This document shows, one piece after another, positions 7,660 to 15,167 of a stretch of 64,000 bases of DNA. Both the position numbers and the translations under genes were made by a program. The notes under the pieces are model-generated. The model was given only the letters and a program-made list of their open reading frames with translations, made no database searches and was not told where the DNA came from. The number at the start of each line of letters is the position of its first letter. Positions within the stretch are counted from its first letter, which is position 1. Origin of the DNA: an uncultured Candidatus Saccharibacteria bacterium (lineage in GTDB: Bacteria; Patescibacteriota; Saccharimonadia; Saccharimonadales; CAIOMD01); the NCBI GenBank assembly GCA_963716565.1, contig OY970318.1, positions 192,830 through 256,829 on the forward strand, in the 5' to 3' direction.

Positions 7660-8916
7660 ATGAAAAATTTAAGTTTGTCCGAAGAATTAAAGTGGCGGGG
7701 GTTTGTTAATCAAACTACCTTTAATGATTTATCGGTACTAGATAAACAAAAATTTACTTTTTATATGGGCTTTGATGCCTCGGCTGATTCACAAGCTGTT
7801 GGCAACCTGGCCGCTATGATGTTTATAAAAACCTTTATTCGCCATGGTAATAAGGCGATTTTAGTAGCCGGTGGCTCCACTAGCTTAGTCGGCGACCCGG
7901 GTGGTAAAGACAGTGAGCGCATTCTGCAAAGCGAAGAAACCATTGCCAGTAATGTTAAAAAGGCCGAAGCTGAGCTTAGAAGAGTTTTTACTGGCTACGA
8001 TTTTAAGCTAGTAAACAATCTAGATTGGACAAAAAACGTTAAGATCCTAGATTTTTTGCGCGACTATGGCAAACATTTTTCTATGACCAATTTGGTACAA
8101 CGGGATTTTATTGCCAAGCGTTTGGGGGCCGAAGGTTCGGGCATCAGTTATGCTGAATTTAGCTATACCATACTACAAGGTTTAGATTATCTATACTTAT
8201 ATGACAATTATGGCTGTACTCTGCAGCTTGGCGGCGCCGACCAATGGGGCAACTGTTTGTCTGGCGTAGAATTAATCCGTCGCTTGCGTAATGCCGAAGC
8301 CAACGTTTTGACCCTGCCGCTAGTTATTAACAAGGCTACCGGTAAAAAGTTTGGCAAAAGCGAAGACGGTGCCGTTTGGCTAAGCGAAGCCAAGACTAGC
8401 GTTTATAAGTTTTACCAATTCTGGCTGAATATCGATGACGAAGGCGTAGAAGGCTATCTAAAAACCTTTACCGAGCTTAATAAAGAGCAAATAAATGACA
8501 TCATGGCTGAGTTTAAGGCCGATCCATCACTAAGAGCAGCCCAAAAGGCCTTAGCCTACGAAGTTACCAAGATGGTACATGGCAAAGACCGAGCCGACAG
8601 TATTAAAAAGATTACAGAAGTACTATTTGGCGGTCGTGAATATGGTGAGCTAACTGCCAAAGACTTTGCCGAGCTTGGTGATGAACTGGGCGTTTACAAT
8701 GCTAAAAAAGGCCAAGAATTGGTTGATGTTTTAGTAGAAGCCAAGTTGGCCAGCAGCAAAGGCGAAGCCAGGCGCTTTTTAGAAAGCAATGCCATTTACG
8801 TTAACGGCTCGCAAATTCCGCTTGGCAAAACGACCCTAGATAAAGGTGATGCCACTCACGGCTTTGTAGTATTACGTCGTGGCAAAAACGCCCAAGCCAT
8901 CGTTAAGCTTGTTTAG
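7660..8916 (+). CDS. tyrS: Tyrosyl-tRNA synthetase
   Basis: The track ORF 7399..8916 runs through the tRNA and is trimmed to the in-frame ATG at 7660 (MKNLSLSEELKWRGF). It has a KFGKS motif and a C-terminal S4-like domain (GEARRFLESNAIYVNG). Confidence 0.9.
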   Translation: MKNLSLSEELKWRGFVNQTTFNDLSVLDKQKFTFYMGFDASADSQAVGNLAAMMFIKTFIRHGNKAILVAGGSTSLVGDPGGKDSERILQSEETIASNVKKAEAELRRVFTGYDFKLVNNLDWTKNVKILDFLRDYGKHFSMTNLVQRDFIAKRLGAEGSGISYAEFSYTILQGLDYLYLYDNYGCTLQLGGADQWGNCLSGVELIRRLRNAEANVLTLPLVINKATGKKFGKSEDGAVWLSEAKTSVYKFYQFWLNIDDEGVEGYLKTFTELNKEQINDIMAEFKADPSLRAAQKALAYEVTKMVHGKDRADSIKKITEVLFGGREYGELTAKDFAELGDELGVYNAKKGQELVDVLVEAKLASSKGEARRFLESNAIYVNGSQIPLGKTTLDKGDATHGFVVLRRGKNAQAIVKLV

Positions 8917-9024
8917 CCAATCTTTGAGAACAACGGGGTGTGTACACTTACGGGCATTTACTCATTAGTGCTATTATGGTATTATATGTTTTGTCTGTGA
9001 CTCTCAACTGGAGTGGAGGAACTC

Positions 9025-9270
9025 TTGAAAAAAGCGATTAGCACCGTCCTATCAAGGTATGGTAAGGACGATGGCGGCTCTTGCTGCCAGTCTCTCGGTG
9101 GGCGAACCGCCTTCATCAACCACGACAACTATGGACGTATCCTGATGTTCGAGATGGAACTTAGGAGCTTTGGCTTTCGCCCAGACGGGCCGATACTGCC
9201 AAGCGGTGCCTCTGGCACCTACAAGTGGGCAGCTACGTTCAGAAGAAGGCGCCTGTTCTGGCGTCGCTGA
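9025..9270 (+). CDS. Hypothetical small protein on a high-GC cassette (coding status uncertain)
   Basis: GGAGG at 9015-9019 lies 5 nt before an in-frame TTG at 9025; the track ORF starts at GTG 9013. TGGTATTAT (extended -10) is at 8977-8985 and a terminator at 9295-9333. Overlapping ORFs on both strands make the call weak. Confidence 0.3.
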   Translation: MKKAISTVLSRYGKDDGGSCCQSLGGRTAFINHDNYGRILMFEMELRSFGFRPDGPILPSGASGTYKWAATFRRRRLFWRR

Positions 9271-9294
9271 ACAGAGCAAGAGATACAGACAAAC

Positions 9295-9333
9295 GCCCCG
9301 GAGCGCAATCGCGCCCGGGGCATCCTCTTTTTT
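9295..9333 (+). terminator. Rho-independent terminator
   Basis: The stem gccccgg (9295-9301) / ccggggc (9315-9321) is followed by a T-rich tail (ctctttttt). Confidence 0.6.
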
Positions 9334-9368
9334 CTATCGTCCAACGTCCAACATCTATCGTCTAATTT
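9333..9368 (+). repeat. Heptad-array element copy 3 (tctatcg tccaacg tccaaca tctatcg tctaatt)
   Basis: Five 7-nt units, 28/36 identical to copy 2 by my count. The array overlaps the last 13 nt of the minus-strand gene 9355..10032. Confidence 0.65.
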
Positions 9369-10032
9369 GCTGATAAATCAGCGCTGGTAGGCAGAAATAA
9401 ACTATCGATATAACAATGTTCACTACTGTGCCAATAACTGGAATCCACCCAGCAATAGATAAAACGAAGTTTACAACGAACATGGCAAAAACCAAGCGCC
9501 AGTTAGCTTTGGTAAGTCGGAAGCTCTGCTTAATGGCGTCTATAGCCCTAGGCTTTTTATCAACGTAAATATAAACCGCTAGGGTCAAAAAGAACATGGC
9601 CACCAGCCCGGGTATTATTAAAAACACAAAGCCAACCACTGTGATTAGGCCAATAAATGCCGATAGACCAAAAAATGGCAAGGCAATTTTGGATGCTCGT
9701 TTGATTAAATCTGTGAATTCAACCTTTTTGCCTCTAATACTGTCTAGCTGGGCAATAATGATAGCCGGCCACAAAAAGACCATGCTTATAAGCAAAAGCA
9801 GACCCAATACAGATATAGAAACAATGTTTATTACATCAAAATTGCCAGAGGTTAGCACCGGTATAGCTACCAGCCCAATTATCAGCAACAAAATTACCAT
9901 AGGTATTAATACAATTGTTAGAAAAACTGTTAGATTAAGTTTTAGGGCTTCCAAGCAAGGGCGCCACAACCTAAAAACGTCGGCCGTGATGGCAAAAAAA
10001 TCATTTTCTTGGCTGATTTTATAGGTTTTCAT
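9355..10032 (-). CDS. Integral membrane protein, function unknown
   Basis: 225-aa ORF with several long hydrophobic segments and host-like composition. Confidence 0.65.
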   Translation of the reverse strand: MKTYKISQENDFFAITADVFRLWRPCLEALKLNLTVFLTIVLIPMVILLLIIGLVAIPVLTSGNFDVINIVSISVLGLLLLISMVFLWPAIIIAQLDSIRGKKVEFTDLIKRASKIALPFFGLSAFIGLITVVGFVFLIIPGLVAMFFLTLAVYIYVDKKPRAIDAIKQSFRLTKANWRLVFAMFVVNFVLSIAGWIPVIGTVVNIVISIVYFCLPALIYQQIRR

Positions 10033-10106
10033 GATTACCGCTTAATTGAAACATTATTACCTAAATATGGTCAAGGTTAAGCTATAAGTTTATAATTACC
10101 TTAACT

Positions 10107-11393
10107 ATGTCATTAAATACACAACCATATAAAGGAACTAGGGATTTTTACCCCGAGCAAAAACGTCAACAAAACTATATTTTTAAGGTGTGGCGCGAAG
10201 TAGCCGAAAGTTTTGGTTACGAAGAATACGACGCTCCAATAATTGAGCCCCTAGAAATTTATCAGGCCAAAACCAGCGACGAAATTGTAAACGAGCAGAC
10301 CTACGCTTTCGAAGATCGCGGTGGCCGTAAAGTAACTTTAAGGCCCGAAATGACTCCAAGCGTTAGCCGTATGGTAGCCGGCCGCCGCCAGGAGCTAGCT
10401 TACCCATTGCGTTGGTACAGCATCCCGAATTTATGGCGTTATGAACGCCCCCAAAAGGGCCGCTTGCGTGAGCACTGGCAGTTAAATGTGGATTTATTCG
10501 GCGAAGCCGGTATAGAGGCCGACAGCGAACTAATATTGCTATCCGATGCCATAATGCAGCGTTTTGGCGCCCAGCGTGACACTTACGACATAAGAATTAA
10601 CAGCCGTAAATTGGTAGATTATCTATTCAAAGACTACCTAGGTTTGGATGCTGAAGAAACCAAAACCATGGTTAGGCTGTTAGATAAAATGGCCAAAATG
10701 CCCGCCGATGATTTTTGGGCAGCCGTTAACGAAGCGGTTGGCGATAAAGTTAACAAATTGCGCGATTTGTTAGAGGTCAAAGACCTAAAAAATCTACCAG
10801 ATGAAATTCAAAAACTAGATTGCACCGAAAACTTGTATAAGTTAATGATGATTCTAGCCCGAAGCGGCGTTACTAACGCTCGGTTCGACATTTCGCTAAT
10901 GCGTGGTTTTGACTATTACACCGACGTCGTGTTCGAAATCTACGACACTAACCCAGAAAACAGCCGCTCTATGTTTGGTGGCGGGCGCTACGATGGCCTA
11001 GTTGGCCTGTTTGGCGTAGAACCGGTGCCCACAGTTGGTTTTGGTATGGGCGATGTAACATTGCAGAACTTTTTAGAATTGCACGGTTTACTACCCAATT
11101 TTAATAGCCCAGTTAATATTTGCGTAATACTAATCGGCGATGTCTACGAAAAGTCTTTGGATTTACTAGGGCAACTGCGCGAAGCTGGCCTAAATGTAGC
11201 GTTAGACGCCTCACAGCGTAAAATTGATGCCAAATTAAAATCGGCCGTTAAGGCTGGCTACCCCTACATTATGGTAATCGGCGAATCCGAACTACAAAGT
11301 GGTGACTTTAGGCTAAAAGAGCTTGCCAGTGGCCAAGAAAACACTCTTAGGATTGATGAAGTCATTGAAGCCGTAAAAACCCCTAGTAATTAA
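10107..11393 (+). CDS. hisS: Histidyl-tRNA synthetase
   Basis: 428 aa. It has the N-terminal KGTRDFYPE motif, class II motifs (LRPEMTP, RYERPQKGR, GGGRYDGL) and a C-terminal anticodon-binding domain. Confidence 0.92.
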   Translation: MSLNTQPYKGTRDFYPEQKRQQNYIFKVWREVAESFGYEEYDAPIIEPLEIYQAKTSDEIVNEQTYAFEDRGGRKVTLRPEMTPSVSRMVAGRRQELAYPLRWYSIPNLWRYERPQKGRLREHWQLNVDLFGEAGIEADSELILLSDAIMQRFGAQRDTYDIRINSRKLVDYLFKDYLGLDAEETKTMVRLLDKMAKMPADDFWAAVNEAVGDKVNKLRDLLEVKDLKNLPDEIQKLDCTENLYKLMMILARSGVTNARFDISLMRGFDYYTDVVFEIYDTNPENSRSMFGGGRYDGLVGLFGVEPVPTVGFGMGDVTLQNFLELHGLLPNFNSPVNICVILIGDVYEKSLDLLGQLREAGLNVALDASQRKIDAKLKSAVKAGYPYIMVIGESELQSGDFRLKELASGQENTLRIDEVIEAVKTPSN

Positions 11394-11422
11394 GATTATT
11401 CTCTGTTAAAGTAAACGCCTGT

Positions 11423-12709
11423 ATGCAAACTACTATTAAAGAATCTTCCGACACCACTGCCGTTTTAACCGTTACGGCTAACGCCGAAGATTTGGCTAAA
11501 TACAAATCATTAGTTGTTAAACGGTTGGCCAAAGATGTAAAAGTGCCCGGTTTTAGGACTGGCAAAGTACCCCAAGCCGTAGCCGAAAAGAACTTAGACC
11601 CTAACTATGTGCAAAGCCAAGTAATAGAAGAGGCTATAAACCGCCTGTATTTGAATGCTCTTAATGAGACTAAATTAAGAGTTATCTCGAACCCTAAAAT
11701 TGCCGTTACTAAGTTTGTGCCTTATACCGATTTAGTCTTTACGGCCGAAGTCGATGTAGTACCTAAAATTAAATTGCCCGATTACAAGAATATTAAGGTT
11801 AAAAAAGAAGAAGTTGCTATTACCGACGCCGATGTAGAAGAAGTTTTAGGCCGGATTCAGCAGCAACAGGCTACATTTACCGAAGTTACCCGGGCCGCCA
11901 GAGATGGCGACAGGGCCATAATTGATTTTGCTGGCAAAGATGCCAAGGGCGAGCCAATTCCTAACGGTTCAGGCAAGGATTACCCTCTAGTTTTAGGCAG
12001 TAAAAGCTTTATTGCCGGTTTTGAAGAGCAAGTTGTTGGCCTTAAAAAAGGCGCCAAGAAGAGATTTACGTTGAGTTTTCCTAAAGATTATTTTGCCCAA
12101 GTTCTAGCCGGCCAAAAAGTAACTTTTGATATAGAAGTAAAAAAGATTGAAGAATCTAAGGCAGAAGAATTAAATGATGCTCTTGCGGCCAAAATTGGCC
12201 CATTCAAAACTGTTGGTGACTTAAGGGCCGATATCAGAAAACAGCTAAACATTGAGCGCGAGCATCATGCCAACCGCGCCTTTGAAGAAGCCGTTATTAA
12301 GGCCATCGCCGACAAAGTAAAAATTGCTTTGCCCGAAGGCTTGCTAGCCGAACAGACCAAAATGATAGATCAAGAATTCCGCCAGAACCTATCCCGCCAA
12401 AACCAAACCTTTGAAGATTACTTAAAGAGTACTGGCAAAACCGAAGACGAATATAAAGAGCAAGAATTAAAGCCACTGGCCCAAGAGCGCCTTAAAGCTG
12501 GTTTAGTACTGGCCGAAATCGCTAAAGCCGAAGATATCACAGTCACGCCCGAAGAACTGCAAATAAGGGTACAGCTTATAAAGAATCAGTATAAAGACGA
12601 GAAGGTTCACGAAGAATTAGACAAGCCCGAGAACCAGCAAGATATTGCCAGTCGCATGGTTACCGAAAAAACCATCACCAAATTAGTAGGTTACGCCCAA
12701 GGAAAATAG
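11423..12709 (+). CDS. tig: Trigger factor
   Basis: 428 aa. It has an N-terminal ribosome-binding region (PGFRTGKVP), a central FKBP-type PPIase segment and a helical C-terminal arm. Confidence 0.92.
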   Translation: MQTTIKESSDTTAVLTVTANAEDLAKYKSLVVKRLAKDVKVPGFRTGKVPQAVAEKNLDPNYVQSQVIEEAINRLYLNALNETKLRVISNPKIAVTKFVPYTDLVFTAEVDVVPKIKLPDYKNIKVKKEEVAITDADVEEVLGRIQQQQATFTEVTRAARDGDRAIIDFAGKDAKGEPIPNGSGKDYPLVLGSKSFIAGFEEQVVGLKKGAKKRFTLSFPKDYFAQVLAGQKVTFDIEVKKIEESKAEELNDALAAKIGPFKTVGDLRADIRKQLNIEREHHANRAFEEAVIKAIADKVKIALPEGLLAEQTKMIDQEFRQNLSRQNQTFEDYLKSTGKTEDEYKEQELKPLAQERLKAGLVLAEIAKAEDITVTPEELQIRVQLIKNQYKDEKVHEELDKPENQQDIASRMVTEKTITKLVGYAQGK

Positions 12710-12710
12710 G

Positions 12711-13100
12711 GTGTCGTTTAGAACCATAAGCCACTACGAGGGTGCGGTGCGGATTGCTCCTAGTGATTGTGAATCATGTGACTTTAGAATGCCGGACAAA
12801 GACGATGATTCAAGCTGTAAGCACGAAGCCGATTTATGTATTGCCACAAGGGTTTGGTACGACGAGCTAACAGAAAGGCATGGAATGGCTACGGCAATGG
12901 GTAGTTTTTGTTTAAGATTGTGTAGCGGATTTAAAGCTAGATACGAGCAACGTTCTTTGGTAGCGGCTACATATACAGAATCTCTTTGCCGTAAGAAAAA
13001 TGATGCAATTATTCTACGAAAATCAAATGTTAGTAGAACCACTATATTGCCTACACCACCTCTGCAGCAAGGGGAATATAGCCTCGACAAGATAGAATAG
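12711..13100 (+). CDS. Possible Cys-rich hypothetical protein (very uncertain; equally long ORF on the opposite strand)
   Basis: GTG lies 2 nt after the tig stop. The 129-aa product has 9 Cys (CESC...C...C). ORF 12734..13090 (-) covers the same DNA, so coding strand and coding status are unresolved. Confidence 0.25.
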   Translation: MSFRTISHYEGAVRIAPSDCESCDFRMPDKDDDSSCKHEADLCIATRVWYDELTERHGMATAMGSFCLRLCSGFKARYEQRSLVAATYTESLCRKKNDAIILRKSNVSRTTILPTPPLQQGEYSLDKIE

Positions 13101-13193
13101 GCATGTTATAACAAATATGCTATTTGGAGTGTCCAAGGAGCATGTAACTCCCTGTAGAGTGTTAGTCAAAAGTCGAGACAGACGGAGGCAGCA

Positions 13194-13643
13194 ATGGATT
13201 CTAAAGACCAGATAGGCGATGGACTGCCCAGCGGCTTGTCTATCGAGAACCCAGACGTGAGTGGCGTGCCAACGTTGGCAGAAGGCATGGAAAAGTGCGG
13301 CATCTGTTGCCGAGATATGAAAGAAGGCGAAGTCCTTCACCACGGTGAGTACAATGGCCAGTGGGTCAACGCTTGTGATGACTGTGAGCCCGCCCTAGAC
13401 AAGACATGTCACTTGTGTGGCAACGGTTTGTATTTGGGCAAGGCGTTGGTCTGGACCGAAGGAGGTGAGCTTACGCACGTTTGTCATCCGTGTTTGAACA
13501 TCAAGACGGAACAGCTTCGGTGCTACAGCTGTAGAGGGTCATTCGATATGCAGCCGGTGCTCAACTATCCCACCCCGGATGACAAAAGGCTGGCCAGAGG
13601 TCTCTGTACCGACTGTGCCGACAAGCTCGGCGACAAGAACTGA
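13194..13643 (+). CDS. Cys-rich protein with six CxxC pairs (three predicted zinc ribbons)
   Basis: GGAGG lies 6 nt before the ATG. The 149-aa product has 13 Cys arranged as CGIC(C)...CDDC, CHLC...CHPC and CYSC...CTDC. TGTTATAAC (extended -10-like) sits about 80 nt upstream. Confidence 0.6.
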   Translation: MDSKDQIGDGLPSGLSIENPDVSGVPTLAEGMEKCGICCRDMKEGEVLHHGEYNGQWVNACDDCEPALDKTCHLCGNGLYLGKALVWTEGGELTHVCHPCLNIKTEQLRCYSCRGSFDMQPVLNYPTPDDKRLARGLCTDCADKLGDKN

Positions 13644-13771
13644 CCACAGGGGGTTTGGGAGGGCTTCGCAGCCCTCCCAATAACCTCTGAGCTAATTAAA
13701 TGTAGTTATCTCAGAAGTTGTAAATTTATTACTTTGCCTTGGTTATTAAGCTTTAATAGTCAGGGTAAAGA

Positions 13772-13786
13772 GCCATAGAAAGTGCC
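13772..13786. repeat. Left copy of a perfect 15-bp inverted repeat (gccatagaaagtgcc)
   Basis: It is the exact reverse complement of 14441-14455. The pair brackets gene 13859..14338. Confidence 0.7.
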
Positions 13787-13790
13787 ACTA

Positions 13791-13825
13791 GGGCCGCCAG
13801 CGCATATAGCACTGGCGGCCCTTTT
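13791..13825 (+). terminator. Rho-independent terminator (plus strand)
   Basis: A 10-bp stem gggccgccag / ctggcggccc is followed by tttt. Confidence 0.5.
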
Positions 13826-13858
13826 GGTTGTTTGTGATGCCCCAAGCTGTCGGACGGG

Positions 13859-14338
13859 TCAGCTGGCCAAGAATGGACAGCTTTGCCGATCACCGATGAT
13901 AGATGCCGACAGCAGCTCACAATGGCCGTCGTCGTACACCTCAACGACTATTGCCTCCACGATGGTGATGCTGCTTGTGGTGAGGTCCTCCAGCTCGACG
14001 CCGATGTAGACGATGCGCGCCCACAAGTCGGAAACGTAGGCCCTAAGGTCTCGAGCTGCGGCCGAAGCGTTATTGTACGCTCGCTTGGCAATCTGACGCT
14101 GGAAGGTGCAGGATCTGCACAGTCCGTGGTCGGCTTTGCCCATGTTGGAACACCTTGCGGTGATCTCGCGGTACTCGATCTCGGCGTTGCGCGCCAGGCT
14201 CTGTTTCTGCGCCCAGTTCATCAGCAGGGCAAAGCCCTTCCTTGTGCAAAAGACGCGATCGAACAACGACCCAATCAGCCGTGCTCTCTCGAACCGAAGT
14301 GCAGCCGCAGACCTATCTGAATGGTTGGCTTGGAACAT
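13859..14338 (-). CDS. Hypothetical protein (high GC), flanked by a 15-bp inverted repeat
   Basis: I trimmed track ORF 13859..14392 to the ATG at 14338, which is preceded by GGGAGAG. A long leader carries a 15-nt IR hairpin. The product contains a C..(9)..C..C cluster (ARCSNMGKADHGLCRSC). No family was recognised. Confidence 0.5.
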   Translation of the reverse strand: MFQANHSDRSAAALRFERARLIGSLFDRVFCTRKGFALLMNWAQKQSLARNAEIEYREITARCSNMGKADHGLCRSCTFQRQIAKRAYNNASAAARDLRAYVSDLWARIVYIGVELEDLTTSSITIVEAIVVEVYDDGHCELLSASIIGDRQSCPFLAS

Positions 14339-14371
14339 GTGCTTGCTCTCCCTCTGGTAGTGTTTGTGGTT

Positions 14372-14422
14372 TCCCCTAAGGGAAGCTAACAACTTTAAAA
14401 GCGGTCAGCTTTCCTTAGGGGA
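14372..14422 (-). promoter_or_regulatory. Leader hairpin / candidate operator: 15-nt inverted repeat with 1 mismatch and a 21-nt spacer
   Basis: tcccctaagggaagc (14372-14386) pairs with gctttccttagggga (14408-14422). It lies about 35 nt upstream of the ATG at 14338 on the minus strand. Confidence 0.4.
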
Positions 14423-14440
14423 TCTAACAGGAAAGAACAA

Positions 14441-14455
14441 GGCACTTTCTATGGC
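14441..14455. repeat. Right copy of the perfect 15-bp inverted repeat (ggcactttctatggc)
   Basis: It is the exact reverse complement of 13772-13786. Confidence 0.7.
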
Positions 14456-14628
14456 TAGTTGTAAATACAAAGGGCCGGGTTTTGCCCCAGCACCTCCGCT
14501 ATCCTAAGGTAATTACTACCTCGAATTAGTGCTATATTAACATAATAATACAAATAAAGCAATTATAAAGTGCTCATGCTTGCAAAAATGGGTTTACATA
14601 AACATACTATCCACAATAAGGAGTTAAA

Positions 14629-14814
14629 ATGGCAGAAACTAGCGTATCCGGCCTACTAGCAAATCGGGAAAGCAAACTTACCATGGCAGCAGCCATACGT
14701 TTAGGTTGCGGAGCGTGTGAGGCTGTATCACCAAGTTGTAGGCCCAAACTTACCGAAACGGTAGTGCATGGCAATGTCATAAAGGAAAAGCGGCTGTTTC
14801 TAACGAGCAGGTAA
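14629..14814 (+). CDS. Small hypothetical protein with a GCGAC..SPSC motif (possibly the 5' part of a frameshifted gene)
   Basis: AAGGAG lies 6 nt before the ATG. A TTGCAA/CATACT promoter-like pair sits upstream (14580-14608). The next frame is open from 14742, so 14629-15167 may be one gene. Confidence 0.35.
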   Translation: MAETSVSGLLANRESKLTMAAAIRLGCGACEAVSPSCRPKLTETVVHGNVIKEKRLFLTSR

Positions 14815-14864
14815 TAGAAACTGCGGCCATAAACTGCGAACTAGTATACGAATTAGCCCAAGCG

Positions 14865-15167
14865 ATGCCATCTACGCCAGAGGAATTCAAAGCAATTACC
14901 GATAAGGTAATAATCAATATGCCTCCACCATCTACCGAGCGGGTTGATACTTCCATGAATATTGACCCAACTTTGTCGCCCCCCAAAAAAGACGAATGGC
15001 CTTGGAACTTCCAGCCAAAGAGTGCGCAAGAGTTAGAAGCAACAGAAAGTACCGTTGCCAGTGGATTAATTGACCTTACTAGGCCAGATATCGGACCAAG
15101 ACACCCTTGGGATCGAATGGCGGAGAGTGTTGCTCAGACCAAGAGAAGAGAAATAATCGCTGAGTAA
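14865..15167 (+). CDS. Hypothetical protein (its frame is open upstream to 14742; possibly the 3' part of 14629..)
   Basis: Track ORF of 100 aa. By my codon walk the same frame has no stop back to 14742 and reads plausibly (AAVSNEQVIETAAINCELVYELAQA). Confidence 0.35.
   Translation: MPSTPEEFKAITDKVIINMPPPSTERVDTSMNIDPTLSPPKKDEWPWNFQPKSAQELEATESTVASGLIDLTRPDIGPRHPWDRMAESVAQTKRREIIAE

Noticed and set aside
9033-9042. A third occurrence of agcgattagc, the core of the tRNA-echo module, inside the 9.0-kb cassette. A gcgattagc also occurs near 57425.
   Set aside because: Chance 9-10-mer matches number on the order of 10^3 pairs in this window. No flanking homology to the module is present.
8936-9333. 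The possibility that the 9.0-9.3 kb transcript is tmRNA, given an ...NHDNYG... reading resembling tag peptides, or that it is SRP RNA.
   Set aside because: There is no tRNA-like acceptor/T-arm with ...GGTTCGAATCC...CCA at the ends. There is also no GGAA-tetraloop/AGCAGCC SRP domain IV motif.
13040-13062. Similarity of actatattgcctacacc to the degraded tRNA-Tyr echo (actattcctacacc, 57989-58002), considered as a possible att site for the island.
   Set aside because: It rests on an 8-mer (cctacacc) plus a few flanking matches. That is too short to separate from chance, and there is no matching repeat at the island's right edge.
12711-13190. RNase P RNA or another known large ncRNA at the island's left edge. 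The stretch contains 'acagaaagg'.
   Set aside because: The universally conserved GAGGAAAGTCC (CR-I) and other P4 elements are absent. I kept it only as an unresolved two-strand-open region.
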